Part shown: piece after piece, positions 51,340 to 62,096 of the stretch
How the letters are laid out: each line of letters opens with the position of its first letter
How positions within the stretch are numbered: the stretch's first letter is position 1
Origin: a bacterium
Lineage (GTDB): Bacteria > SM23-31
Direction: 5' to 3'
DNA: 64,000 bases
NCBI GenBank assembly: GCA_965249485.1
Contig: OZ252239.1
Coordinates: 1,984,001 to 2,048,000, forward strand
The notes under the pieces: model-generated
Told to the model about the DNA's origin: nothing
The model's database searches: none
Seen by the model: only the letters and a program-made list of their open reading frames with translations
Position numbers and translations under genes: made by a program

Positions 51340-53277
51340 CTAAAAGCTCACCTTGATACCACCATGCGTGCCTATACCATAGGTGTCAAAACCGGTTGCA
51401 ACGGTATAGTTTTCATCGAACAAGTTGTCAATACTGCCGAATAGCTGGAGATTGCCTGATAACATATGCGATGCTGAAAGATTGACAAGGAGATACCTGT
51501 CAAGAACTACACGGTTTGCGGGAAATGTGCTAAAATCAAAATCGTCACGTTTTCCAATTCCTATGAGTGTGGCATTGAGTTGAGATTTATCTGACAGCCT
51601 AAAAGAACTGCTAACATTGAATTTATTTTTTGCCCGCCGGATAAGCGGTGCACCGGTGTTGCCGTCCTCGGTATTGGTATAAGTGTAACTTATGCTTAGT
51701 TCCAGTCCGGAAAAGTGAATATAGTTCAGGAATGTTTCAAGCCCTTCCGTTTTTGCTTCGCTGATATTTTGGTAAGTGAATGTTCCACTGTCAAAATCGA
51801 TGAGATTTTCAAAATCGTTTCGGAAATAAGTGGCTCCGGCGGATAATCGATTGCTCAAACCATACAGTTCTAAACCGATATCCATGCCTTTGCTGTCTTC
51901 AGCAGATAGATTTTCATCGCCAAAATTCGAATAAAGCTGAAACAGTGAAGGCGATTTAAAACCGGTACCATACACGGACTTAATTTTGAGATTTTCGGTA
52001 ATAAAAAGAGAAGGAGCAATTCTGAAGGTAACCTTCGATCCGAATTTGTCATGCTTATCATACCTGATACCAGCTGATGAAAAGAAATGGTCTCCGGTAT
52101 TAAACTGGTCTTGGACAAACAATCCGGTAGTCTGTGCGTTTTTTTCCAAAAACGTCGAAGGAAACGAGCCGGAGGTGGAAACATCCAAACGGTCTGATGA
52201 GCCTATTTCATTTTCAGATTCAACTCCAAACGTAACCGTATTATTCTCATGAGTATAAAGGTTGCTCTGCCAGTCAAACTTGAGAAGGGTTCCTTTTGAA
52301 TTGCTCCATCCCATAGATTCGAGGTGGTCTTCGTCAAAATTGTTGGTGTTATCACGGTTAAATCTGGTATACGACAGTCCGATTGTCTGTTCGGAAATAC
52401 TTTCAAGTAATAAAAACTTCACCTGTCCGCGTACAAAAAGCTCTTCCCGGTTAAGAGTGTTATTGGGATCGTCACCACCGATTCCGCCGAAATTGTCAAT
52501 CGAGGATTTTGCATCGAGATAACGGACAAAAAAATCTACACTGCTGTTTTCAAATGGTATAAATCCCAAGCGGGTAGATAAGCTGTTTCGCTTGAAACCA
52601 TCTTTCTCATTGTTTCCGTCAGATGTGCTTGCAGCAGAGATGCCGTCAGTGTTGAGACGTGAAAATGATAGGGAATAATTGAATAAACCATTGCCTCCCT
52701 GCGAACTAATGCTATTGCGGAATGTTCCGAATGAACCTGCTTCGCTCGACAGTGACAATCCCGGTCTGCCGCTTCCGCGCTTGGTAAAAATACTGATAAC
52801 TCCGGCTATTGCATCTGAACCATAAAGCGTACCCTGCGGGCCTTTAAGAACCTCGATTCGTTCTATGTTTTCAGGAGAAAGGGTTGCAAAATCAAAGAAT
52901 TTTGCGGGTGAAATTGGATCGAGAGCCTCAATGCCGTCAATAAGAACTAAGGTATGATTTGAGTTTGCACCGCGCATGAAAACCGATGTTTGGCCTCCGG
53001 TACCGCCAACTTGGACAATATCAAGTGCTGGTATGGCTCTCAACAGATCAGAAAGTAGATTGTGCCGGCTATTTTCAATCTTATCTGATCCTATTACGGT
53101 TACGGAACTGGCAAGTTCTTTATGAGTCGTTGCAGTTCTTGTCGCAGAGACCACAATTTCATCAATAATATAAATTTCTAATTCTGTATCTTTTTTAGTA
53201 TCTTGAGCTTGTATATTCTGAGGAATACCGGTGATTGCAACAATGGTGCATATGAATAGTTGTTTCCGAAAATTCAT
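51340..53277 (-). CDS. btuB: TonB-dependent cobalamin receptor
   Basis: DEIVVSATR TonB box, FMRGANSNHTLVLIDG, IERIEVLKGPQGTLYGSDAIAGVI, C-terminal F; downstream of cobalamin riboswitch. Confidence 0.88.
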   Translation of the reverse strand: MNFRKQLFICTIVAITGIPQNIQAQDTKKDTELEIYIIDEIVVSATRTATTHKELASSVTVIGSDKIENSRHNLLSDLLRAIPALDIVQVGGTGGQTSVFMRGANSNHTLVLIDGIEALDPISPAKFFDFATLSPENIERIEVLKGPQGTLYGSDAIAGVISIFTKRGSGRPGLSLSSEAGSFGTFRNSISSQGGNGLFNYSLSFSRLNTDGISAASTSDGNNEKDGFKRNSLSTRLGFIPFENSSVDFFVRYLDAKSSIDNFGGIGGDDPNNTLNREELFVRGQVKFLLLESISEQTIGLSYTRFNRDNTNNFDEDHLESMGWSNSKGTLLKFDWQSNLYTHENNTVTFGVESENEIGSSDRLDVSTSGSFPSTFLEKNAQTTGLFVQDQFNTGDHFFSSAGIRYDKHDKFGSKVTFRIAPSLFITENLKIKSVYGTGFKSPSLFQLYSNFGDENLSAEDSKGMDIGLELYGLSNRLSAGATYFRNDFENLIDFDSGTFTYQNISEAKTEGLETFLNYIHFSGLELSISYTYTNTEDGNTGAPLIRRAKNKFNVSSSFRLSDKSQLNATLIGIGKRDDFDFSTFPANRVVLDRYLLVNLSASHMLSGNLQLFGSIDNLFDENYTVATGFDTYGIGTHGGIKVSF

Positions 53278-53381
53278 TCAATCCTCCTTTATGAATTGAG
53301 TATGTTGCGGGTAGAAAGGAGACCGTAACATATCGGAAAGGCAATGCTGCAGCAGATCGAAAAAAATTCCGCCAGGGGCAT

Positions 53382-53417
53382 AAAAAAAACCCCGGCCGTC
53401 GAAGAAAGGATGCGGGG
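53382..53417 (-). terminator. Attenuator/terminator in riboswitch expression platform
   Basis: Minus strand ccccg...cgggg followed by T8, between riboswitch and btuB. Confidence 0.65.
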
Positions 53418-53484
53418 AATATCATTTATTCTGCACTTGCCTTACCCTCGAAGGAGTTGCACGGTTCTACGTTAAACCAGTTCC

Positions 53485-53635
53485 AGTCAACAGCAGGTTT
53501 CCTGACTTCGGCTTCTAACCTACTCGCTCACCTTCCCATCCCGGTATTCAGGAACAGTGGATTGAAGGAGCTTTCGTAGCCGTTACAGTAACGGGGTTGT
53601 AACGGAATTGCACCGTTTTCCCTTCACTGTTGACT
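53485..53635 (-). ncRNA. Cobalamin riboswitch
   Basis: Minus strand: P1 agtcaacag/ctgttgact, aagggaa, cggtgcaattccg, ccccgttactgtaa, ccactg...gggaagg, B12 box agtcaggaaacctgc. Confidence 0.93.
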
Positions 53636-53958
53636 AAATGTATAAAATTAATGTTTCAATTAATTAGTTGATGGAATTAGTATATGAAACATTTTGGCTT
53701 ATGTCAAGAAAATAATTTGATGTGTGTCTTTATAATATCGCAAGATGTCATTGTGAACGGACATTGTTATACAATATGTTGTGGTTTGTCCTTGGTTGAG
53801 CAACAGTGGTTTATGCTTTTATTTCATCTAATCCGATGTCGGAAGTATTGCTGTTGATGTATGGTAAAAAAGAGTTAAAAAAGTCTGTATATATTGATTT
53901 TTGATAAAAATAGTAGTACATTTCTCAAATATTTTGTCCGCATATAAAGGATCATAGT

Positions 53959-55302
53959 GTGAAAATTGTAATTATTGGTGTAGGGGAAGTTGGATTTAAT
54001 CTTGCAAAAATTCTGTCACAGGAAAATCACGATGTGACGGTAATCGAAACGAACCCCGATAAATGTACACACGCAACCGAACAACTTGATGTTGCAGTAA
54101 TAGAAGGAAACGGTGCAAGTGTGGAACATCTGGTTGAAGCGGATATCAAGAACGCCGATATTGTTGTTGCTGCATCCGATATTGATGAAGTAAATATTAT
54201 CGTATGCATGCTGACGAAAAAATTGTCGAATGCACGTACGATTGCACGTGTCAGAAATCCGGAGTATTCTTTCGATAATCCTGTAATCAGTTCCGATCAG
54301 CTTGGTATCGATTTGATTATTCATCCGGAAAAGGAAGTAGCACATGAGATTTCTCTGCTTGTACGCCAGGCATCCGCTACAGAAACAGTTCTCATTGCCG
54401 ATGGCAAGCTGCAATTGATGGGAGTACGCATTACCTCAAGAAAAGCGCCTGCTGTTGGTAAAACGTTGAAAGAGCTGGGAGTTAGTTATCCGAACATTCC
54501 TTTCAGAATTGCTGCAATAAACAGGCGCAATACTACCATTGTTCCGCAAGGAGATGTCTGGATCCAATATAATGATCAACTTTATATAATATCTGATACT
54601 AATAGTATTCCAGAAGTTTTGAAACTACTCGGTAAAGAAGACGAAAAGCTTGAAGATGTGATGATCCTTGGAGGGGGAAAGATTGGGAGATTTGTAGCCG
54701 AAGAACTTGAGCAGGAAATCGGTGTGAAACTGATTGAATCAAACCGGGAAAAGTCTCAGCGGCTTGCCGAACAGTTGAAAAAGACACTGGTAATCAGTGG
54801 AGATGGTACAGATTTTGACCTGCTTGGTCGGGAAGATATTATGGAGATGGATTGCTACATTGCAGTCACCCATGATGAGGAAAATAATATTATTTCTGGA
54901 CTGCTTGCGAAACACCTTGGTGTTAAACGTGTTATTGCTCTAGTCAACAAGCTCGAATATCTTCCGATTATCCCGACAATCGGTATTGATGCAACAGTAA
55001 GTAAGGTGCTGTCAACGGTTGACGGAATAATGCGCTTTATCAGGCGAGGGAAAGTACTTTCGGTTTCGTCTTTTAAGGGTGTCGGAGCAGAAGTTATTGA
55101 ATTTACCGTGTCTGAAAATGCGTTAATAGCAAATAAGGATCTCAGGCTGGCAAAATTTCCCGCAGGAGCAATCGTCGGCGGATTGATTCGGAATAATGAG
55201 ATTATTATACCAACCGGCAAAACAGTTATTAAACCGCACGATAAAGCCGTCGTATTTGCACTGCCCGATGCAATAGGAAATGTTGAAAAGTTTTTTGAAT
55301 AA
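53959..55302 (+). CDS. trkA: Trk potassium uptake regulatory subunit
   Basis: Two RCK units: IIGVGEVG and ILGGGKIG; 447 aa. Confidence 0.95.
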   Translation: MKIVIIGVGEVGFNLAKILSQENHDVTVIETNPDKCTHATEQLDVAVIEGNGASVEHLVEADIKNADIVVAASDIDEVNIIVCMLTKKLSNARTIARVRNPEYSFDNPVISSDQLGIDLIIHPEKEVAHEISLLVRQASATETVLIADGKLQLMGVRITSRKAPAVGKTLKELGVSYPNIPFRIAAINRRNTTIVPQGDVWIQYNDQLYIISDTNSIPEVLKLLGKEDEKLEDVMILGGGKIGRFVAEELEQEIGVKLIESNREKSQRLAEQLKKTLVISGDGTDFDLLGREDIMEMDCYIAVTHDEENNIISGLLAKHLGVKRVIALVNKLEYLPIIPTIGIDATVSKVLSTVDGIMRFIRRGKVLSVSSFKGVGAEVIEFTVSENALIANKDLRLAKFPAGAIVGGLIRNNEIIIPTGKTVIKPHDKAVVFALPDAIGNVEKFFE

Positions 55303-55390
55303 TCTGAATGCTAATAAAATATACAAAGCATCTTCATAAATTTCTTACCGCTACTCTTAATAGATTGTCTCATCGATTCCGGTATACTTT

Positions 55391-56836
55391 GTGATACGTT
55401 ATTCTTCTATACTTAATATACTTGGTCTGCTGCAGATGTTCGTCGGTGTATTTATGCTGATTCCGGCAGGTATTGCACTATACTTCGGAGACGGAGATTT
55501 CAATGCTATCATTATTTCCTCCGGAATCACCGTCATTACCGGATTACTTATATATAAATTTACCGAATCACCGGACGAAATTCGTTCTAAAGAGGGATTT
55601 GCGATTGTGACATTCGGATGGATGACCGCCGCACTCTACGGTTCCTTGCCTTTTTACATTTCAGGCGCAATGCCCTCTTTTATCGATTGTTTCTTTGAAA
55701 CGATGTCCGGTTTTACTACAACGGGTGCTTCAATCCTGACCGATATTGAAGTACTACCTCGCGGATTGTTGTTTTGGCGCTCTCTGACACACTGGCTTGG
55801 CGGTATGGGAATTATATTGTTATCTCTTGCGATTCTCCCCATTTTAGGGATCGGAGGAATGCAGCTTTACAAGGCTGAAGTTCCCGGCCCCACAAGCGAC
55901 AAATTAAGTCCTCGTGTTCGAGAAACAGCAAAGTTGTTGTGGTTTGTCTATGTGCTTTTTACAGCGGTTGAAGTGCTGCTCTTAAAGTTTGGCGGAATGT
56001 CGTGGTATGATTCACTGTGTCATTCATTCGGTACGATGGCAACCGGAGGTTTTGCTACAAAGAATGCAAGTATAGCCCACTATAACAGCGCATATTTTGA
56101 TATAATAATAATAATCTTTATGATTATTGCAGGGTCAAACTTTGCGCTCCATTATCGGGCGCTTCGTGGTGATTTTAAAGCTTACCTCAGAGATCAGGAG
56201 TTTAAATTCTACATTAGCACGTTTGCCGTGGTATCAGTAGTGTTGTTTTTGAACGTCTATTTCAATACCCCGAATGAAATCGCAAAAACTGCTCGTGACT
56301 CAATCTTTCAGGTTGTCTCAATCGGAACAACAACCGGGTATGCGACTGCTGATTATGAAAATTGGAATGCTGTATCGCAGTTACTAATATTTCTCCTCAT
56401 GTTCGTCGGTGGTTGTGCCGGATCGACCGGAGGTAGCATGAAAATAGTCCGCATTATGCTCCTTTTAAAATTCGGTATCGCCGAATTGAAAAAAACCATT
56501 CATCCCGATGCAGTAATTCCAGTCAGGTTCAATGGCAATCCTGTCCCACCTGATGTTATTCAGAAAATATTAAGCTTTTTTCTCCTGTTTGTCGGGTTGT
56601 TCATTTTTTCAACTATAATTATGGCCATGCTCGGTCTCGATTTTCTTTCGGCGATGGGATCAGTTGCTGCCTCAATTGGGAACATTGGACCTGGGCTTGC
56701 CGATGTCGGTCCAACGGATAACTATGCATTTGTTCCTCAATCAGGGAAATTATTGCTTGCTTTTTTAATGCTAATCGGTAGGCTTGAAGTGTTTACGGTA
56801 CTGGTCATTTTCCATCCGTCATTCTGGAGAAAGTAA
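55391..56836 (+). CDS. trkH: Trk potassium uptake permease
   Basis: FETMSGFTTTG, WLGGMG, ATGGF, TTTGY, GSTGG, GNIGPG, GRLE. Confidence 0.95.
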   Translation: MIRYSSILNILGLLQMFVGVFMLIPAGIALYFGDGDFNAIIISSGITVITGLLIYKFTESPDEIRSKEGFAIVTFGWMTAALYGSLPFYISGAMPSFIDCFFETMSGFTTTGASILTDIEVLPRGLLFWRSLTHWLGGMGIILLSLAILPILGIGGMQLYKAEVPGPTSDKLSPRVRETAKLLWFVYVLFTAVEVLLLKFGGMSWYDSLCHSFGTMATGGFATKNASIAHYNSAYFDIIIIIFMIIAGSNFALHYRALRGDFKAYLRDQEFKFYISTFAVVSVVLFLNVYFNTPNEIAKTARDSIFQVVSIGTTTGYATADYENWNAVSQLLIFLLMFVGGCAGSTGGSMKIVRIMLLLKFGIAELKKTIHPDAVIPVRFNGNPVPPDVIQKILSFFLLFVGLFIFSTIIMAMLGLDFLSAMGSVAASIGNIGPGLADVGPTDNYAFVPQSGKLLLAFLMLIGRLEVFTVLVIFHPSFWRK

Positions 56837-56890
56837 GTGTTTGTATAAATATTATTATCTTATACCTCAGTAGCAATAAATGAAAATGTT

Positions 56891-57451
56891 ATGGATTCTC
56901 AATCGATACCGCGTCTGATAAAATCCTATCTCAATGTTGAAGCATTACTCGAAGCTGAACCGGGTCTGACAAATAAAGATATTACAACGCTTTTTCAGAA
57001 GCTTGAGGACGCTTTTGGTACAAACACTTCATCAAATCGTACTCATGGAAAACAACTAAAACTTTACACTGACGGAGCTGCCCGGGGAAATCCGGGGCCG
57101 GCGGCAATTGGATGTGTGATCCTCGATAGTAATGACAACATACTTCTGGAATCAGGAAAAGCAATCGGTCAAACAACAAATAATACAGCTGAATATCAGG
57201 CCCTACTCTATGGATTGGAACTCGTGCAGCAACTCAAACCTGAATCAGTTGCAGTTTTTTCTGATAGCGAATTGATGGTGAATCAGATAAATGGTGCATA
57301 CAAAACAAGAGAAAATCACCTGAAAAAACTTAAGCTCGAAGCAGAAAAACACTTAAAAGCTTTAAATCACTACACAATTCAGGCAATACCGCGGTCTCAG
57401 AATAAAATAGCAGATTCGCTTGCAAACAAGGCACTTGACGCACAAAAGTGA
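56891..57451 (+). CDS. Ribonuclease HI family protein with N-terminal extension
   Basis: YTDGAARGNPG, TNNTAEY, SDSELMV, NKIADSLAN. Confidence 0.9.
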   Translation: MDSQSIPRLIKSYLNVEALLEAEPGLTNKDITTLFQKLEDAFGTNTSSNRTHGKQLKLYTDGAARGNPGPAAIGCVILDSNDNILLESGKAIGQTTNNTAEYQALLYGLELVQQLKPESVAVFSDSELMVNQINGAYKTRENHLKKLKLEAEKHLKALNHYTIQAIPRSQNKIADSLANKALDAQK

Positions 57452-57753
57452 TAGATTCGGATTGAATGAATTTTGTTAAGATGATTTTCAATAAAAAGAT
57501 TTAGGGAAATTAGAATAATGCCAAGCTATCAGATCATCTTATATACTAACATAAAAATCCGGATTTGCACAGGTTATGTTTTCTTGAAATCTCCCCGGTT
57601 TATTCCCCGCTTCGAATCCGAAAATGCGACTTAACTCTTTGATTTGCAACTACATAGCAACAAATATGCCAGAACGATTTATTTGGCTTGACTATCATGG
57701 AAATTTGGTGTATATTTTTTTTGAATATGTGACTCAATCAGGTGTTTGACTCT

Positions 57754-58041
57754 ATGTCCGATTTGAAATTCGATATTGATAAAGTTGCCGAACTGGCAAT
57801 GTTAAAATTGTCTTCTGAGCAGAAAGAGCGATTCGGCAAACAACTAAAAGAAATTCTGGCATATATTGAAAAGCTTAATGAGCTTGATACGGAGAATGTC
57901 GAGCCACTCCGGCATGTTCTGGAGATTGCCACACCTTTTCGTGAGGACAAAGCTTTTCCCTCTATCGATAGGGATAAAGCTCTCATGAATGCCCCTGCCA
58001 GTGAAGATGGTTTTTTTAAAACCCCAAAAGTGAAAAACTGA
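57754..58041 (+). CDS. gatC: Asp/Glu-tRNA amidotransferase subunit C
   Basis: VAELAML, ILAYIEKLNELDTENVEP, FRED, NAP...GFFKTPKV. Confidence 0.92.
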   Translation: MSDLKFDIDKVAELAMLKLSSEQKERFGKQLKEILAYIEKLNELDTENVEPLRHVLEIATPFREDKAFPSIDRDKALMNAPASEDGFFKTPKVKN

Positions 58042-58152
58042 TGGGTTTTTTTCTTTTATATCTTAGTAATTGATAAATCCCTTTACACAGTTTTTGAATG
58101 GTCTGGTAAAGGGATAGTGGATTTTTTTTGAGATACATCATAGATTGCATAT

Positions 58153-58914
58153 GTGAGGAATACTACGGGTAAGAATGCAGTAGGTATTATACCGGCTCGC
58201 TATGGTTCTACGCGATTTCCCGGCAAACCGCTTGCCTTGATAGCAGGTAAGCCGATGATACAGCGAGTATATGAGAATGCCACGAATGCATCACGGTTAG
58301 CGCAGATAGTAGTAGCGACAGATGATGATCGTATTGCTGAGTGTGTAGCCGGCTTTGGTGGTGAATATGTCATGACCGACTCATCAATTCAGACCGGCAC
58401 AGAACGAGTTGGTGAAGCTGCAAAAAATTATAGTGCCGACATAGTAGTTAATATACAAGGCGATGAGCCGCTTGCCCCTCCTGAGTTGTTCGATGATTTG
58501 GTTGATGCATTACAGCAGCACAATTCATTGCCTGTTTGTACTCCGGTAACGAAGATCACATCACATGACGATCTTGTCGACCCGAATCAAGCAAGAGTAC
58601 TGTTTGATATGAACGACAGGGCACTCTATTTTACCCGGGCTGCGGTTCCGTTTAACCGAGATGTTGAGTTGCAGCAAGAATGGCTTACGATTACACAGTA
58701 TTGGAAACATATCGGAATTTATTGTTTCAGGAGTGATTTTTTACAGACATTTGTAACGCTTCCTAAGGGAAATCTGGAAAAAATCGAAAAGCTTGAACAA
58801 CTGCGAATTCTTGAACATGGTTATCCGATATTAGTTGTTAAAACAGATTATTCTCCTGTGTGCGTTGATGTCCCAGGAGACATTCGGAGAGTAGAAGCGC
58901 TCATTAGAGAATAA
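58153..58914 (+). CDS. kdsB: 3-deoxy-manno-octulosonate cytidylyltransferase
   Basis: IIPARYGSTRFPGKPL, VNIQGDEP, HIGIY, LEQLRILE. Confidence 0.96.
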   Translation: MRNTTGKNAVGIIPARYGSTRFPGKPLALIAGKPMIQRVYENATNASRLAQIVVATDDDRIAECVAGFGGEYVMTDSSIQTGTERVGEAAKNYSADIVVNIQGDEPLAPPELFDDLVDALQQHNSLPVCTPVTKITSHDDLVDPNQARVLFDMNDRALYFTRAAVPFNRDVELQQEWLTITQYWKHIGIYCFRSDFLQTFVTLPKGNLEKIEKLEQLRILEHGYPILVVKTDYSPVCVDVPGDIRRVEALIRE

Positions 58915-58997
58915 GATGGAACAGTTGCTGAATTGCACATAATTATGTGGTAAACCGATGTATTACTCAGAATGATTAATGGAGAGAGGCAAGTCCT

Positions 58998-60680
58998 ATG
59001 AAAATTCCGAAGCGGACGAAATTTATTTTTGTTACTGGTGGCGTGGTATCCTCATTGGGAAAGGGAATAGCTGCTTCTTCGCTGGGGTATCTATTGAAGT
59101 TGCGTGGATTACGTGTCACCATCCAGAAATTCGATCCGTATATCAATGTCGATCCGGGAACCATGAATCCATATCAGCATGGTGAAGTATATGTTACGGA
59201 TGATGGAGCTGAAACCGACCTTGACCTTGGACATTATGAGCGATTTATCGACGTTTCGATGACCGGGCAGAACAGCACCACAACAGGACAGATTTACAAT
59301 GAAGTAATTAGTAAAGAGCGGAGAGGGGAATTTCTCGGGAGCACGGTACAGGTTATTCCGCACATTACCGACGAGATTAAGCGGAGAATAGTTGCTCCTG
59401 CAATGACACAGTATGAGTTTGATGTTGTTATTACCGAAGTCGGAGGGACAGTCGGTGACATTGAAGGTCTTCCATTTTTAGAAGCAATCAGACAGTTTTA
59501 TCTTGAAACAGGCCCGAGCCGTTCGCTCATTATTCATGTGACGCTCGTGCCTTATATAGAAAGTTCCGGTGAGCTCAAGACAAAACCAACACAGCATTCT
59601 GTTATGCGGCTGAGGGAAATCGGACTTCAGCCGGATATGCTGCTTTGCCGAACTGACAAGCCGCTGTTGAAAGAGATGCGTGATAAAATAGGACTTTTCT
59701 GTAATGTACCGCCTTCTGCAGTATTTGAAGCACGCAATGTGCCGACCATCTATGAAGTGCCTCTTCATTATGAAGAGGAAAACGTTGCCGATCTTGTTAT
59801 TAAGAGGTTGCGGATAAAATGCAAAAAGCCTGATTTAAGTAAGTGGAAAACGTTTGTAGACAACATAAAAAATCCCAAAGGTGACGTAACCATCGGAATA
59901 TGTGGAAAGTATACCGATCTACGTGATGCTTATAAGAGCATAATTGAAAGTTTTGTGCATGCCGGCGTTGAAAATGAAGTGAAAGTGAATATAAAATGGC
60001 TCGGTTCGGAACAGATAACTAATGAAAATGTAGAAGAAATGCTGGAAGGTATACACGGACTGCTTGTTCCCGGTGGATTTGGCGACCGGGGAATTGAAGG
60101 TAAAATAATTGCTGTCCGCTATGTACGGGAAAACAATATTCCGTTTTTCGGCATCTGTCTCGGTCTTCAGTGTGCAGTCATTGAGTTTGCACGCAATGTG
60201 TGCAAAATGTCGAAAGCACATAGTGCAGAAATTGCGCCGAAGGCAAAATACAATGTTATTGATTTGATGCCGGACCAGCGCGGTATAGTTGATAAAGGTG
60301 CAACAATGAGGCTCGGGGCTTATCCATGTGTCCTGAAGGATGACACAAATGCACACAAAGCGTATAATAAAATCGTTATAAAAGAGCGGCACCGTCACAG
60401 ATATGAGGTAAATAATGATTTCAAACCGATTCTCGCAGAACAGGGCATGATATTTTCGGGACTATCACCCGATGAAAACCTTGTTGAGATTATTGAAGTA
60501 GAAGATCATCCCTGGTTTGTCGGTTGCCAGTTTCATCCGGAATTGAAGTCACGTGCAACAAAATCCCATCCGCTTTTCAGGGATTTTGTCAAAGCAACAA
60601 CACAGTATAAATATGGTGCTTCTGAAAAAGCACAGCCTGTTGAACAAGAAGAAGATACAATTACTGCTGATACCGAGTAG
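58998..60680 (+). CDS. pyrG: CTP synthase
   Basis: [39 protein letters not shown]. Confidence 0.98.
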   Translation: MKIPKRTKFIFVTGGVVSSLGKGIAASSLGYLLKLRGLRVTIQKFDPYINVDPGTMNPYQHGEVYVTDDGAETDLDLGHYERFIDVSMTGQNSTTTGQIYNEVISKERRGEFLGSTVQVIPHITDEIKRRIVAPAMTQYEFDVVITEVGGTVGDIEGLPFLEAIRQFYLETGPSRSLIIHVTLVPYIESSGELKTKPTQHSVMRLREIGLQPDMLLCRTDKPLLKEMRDKIGLFCNVPPSAVFEARNVPTIYEVPLHYEEENVADLVIKRLRIKCKKPDLSKWKTFVDNIKNPKGDVTIGICGKYTDLRDAYKSIIESFVHAGVENEVKVNIKWLGSEQITNENVEEMLEGIHGLLVPGGFGDRGIEGKIIAVRYVRENNIPFFGICLGLQCAVIEFARNVCKMSKAHSAEIAPKAKYNVIDLMPDQRGIVDKGATMRLGAYPCVLKDDTNAHKAYNKIVIKERHRHRYEVNNDFKPILAEQGMIFSGLSPDENLVEIIEVEDHPWFVGCQFHPELKSRATKSHPLFRDFVKATTQYKYGASEKAQPVEQEEDTITADTE

Positions 60681-60733
60681 GATTGTTCGGTAGTTCAGGT
60701 GTCATGCGTTGCAGAGGAGATTTCGTTTAAGCG

Positions 60734-61567
60734 ATGAAAGAAGTTTTTGTAAAATCTATACCGATAGGGGGAGGGAATCCTCTTGTGCTGATAGCCGGTC
60801 CGTGTGTTATGGAAGGTGAACAAACGGTGCTTCGAATGGCGAGTAAAGTTAAATCAGTTGCGGATCAGCTTAATATCCCATTGATATTTAAGTCATCATA
60901 TCTCAAAGACAACCGTTCTTCTGCGGAGACTTTTCAGGGACCCGGTGTTCACGAGGGCATGGCGATATTAAAAAAGGTCAAAGACGAATATGGACTGCCC
61001 GTATTATCCGACATCCACGGTGTTGAAGAAGTTGATACAGCCGCAGAAGTTCTTGATGTGATTCAAATCCCGGCATATCTCTCAATGCAGACGAGTCTCG
61101 TTGTTGCAGCGGGAAAAACAGGAAAAGTTATCAATGTGAAGAAGGGGCAGTTTTTGCATCCGCTTGACATGAAAAATGTTATCGGCAAGCTAGAGTATGC
61201 CGGAAATACGAACATCCTATTAACAGACAGAGGAACCTCATTCGGTTACCGGTCACTTGTAGCAGATATGCGGGCATTACCGTTAATGCGTTCGCTTGGG
61301 TATCCGGTCGTCTTCGATCCGACACATTCCTTGCGGAACTATGGTATACCGTCGTCCGATAAGCGGGGTGGAAATCCTGAGTTAATTCCCCATATATCTC
61401 GTGCTGGAATTGCAGCGGGGTGTGACGCGATATTCATTGAAACGCATGACAATCTGGATGAAGCTCAATGTGATGCGTCAAGCATGCTGCCTTTTGAGCA
61501 GTTAAAACCATTACTCGAAACATTATTGGAAATCGATACCATTGTCAGACCAATTATATCCGAATGA
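60734..61567 (+). CDS. kdsA: KDO 8-phosphate synthase
   Basis: IAGPCV, KDNRS, QIPA, NVKKGQF, FDPTHS, IETH, CD. Confidence 0.95.
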   Translation: MKEVFVKSIPIGGGNPLVLIAGPCVMEGEQTVLRMASKVKSVADQLNIPLIFKSSYLKDNRSSAETFQGPGVHEGMAILKKVKDEYGLPVLSDIHGVEEVDTAAEVLDVIQIPAYLSMQTSLVVAAGKTGKVINVKKGQFLHPLDMKNVIGKLEYAGNTNILLTDRGTSFGYRSLVADMRALPLMRSLGYPVVFDPTHSLRNYGIPSSDKRGGNPELIPHISRAGIAAGCDAIFIETHDNLDEAQCDASSMLPFEQLKPLLETLLEIDTIVRPIISE

Positions 61568-62096
61568 AGTAATTAAGCGGGCGCAAAATCTGAAAGCACT
61601 CCTCCTTGATATCGATGGCGTTATGACAGATGGGAGTATAACGTTTGATTTTAAGGGACGTGAAATTAAACAATTCCATGTTCAGGATGGACTCGGAGTT
61701 TACTATGCAAGAAAAGCCGGGCTTTTTGTGGGTTTTATTACCGGACGTACATCACGGGTGAATAAGATTAGAGCGGTTGAGCTCAATGTCGATTTTCTCG
61801 ATCAAGGACACAAAAATAAGCTGAAACCTTATACTGTATTTAAAGAGAAGTTTCATCTCGAGGATGATGAAATCGGTTTTGTCGGAGACGATCTCCTCGA
61901 TCTCCCGATAATGCTCAAGTGCGGCTTCCCGGCAAGTGTTAAGAATGGGAGATCTGAAATTAAGAAAATCGCACAATATGTGACCGAAAAGCCCGGAGGT
62001 GAAGGAGCAGTGCGGGAAGTTATCGAATTCATTTTAAAACAGCAATGTAAATGGCAGGATATTGTCGACAGTTACCATGAAAAACCTATCCGTTGA
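61542..62096 (+). CDS. kdsC: KDO 8-phosphate phosphatase (HAD)
   Basis: DIDGVMTDG, DGLG, ITGR, GDDLLD, GGEGAVREV. Confidence 0.93.
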   Translation: MSDQLYPNEVIKRAQNLKALLLDIDGVMTDGSITFDFKGREIKQFHVQDGLGVYYARKAGLFVGFITGRTSRVNKIRAVELNVDFLDQGHKNKLKPYTVFKEKFHLEDDEIGFVGDDLLDLPIMLKCGFPASVKNGRSEIKKIAQYVTEKPGGEGAVREVIEFILKQQCKWQDIVDSYHEKPIR

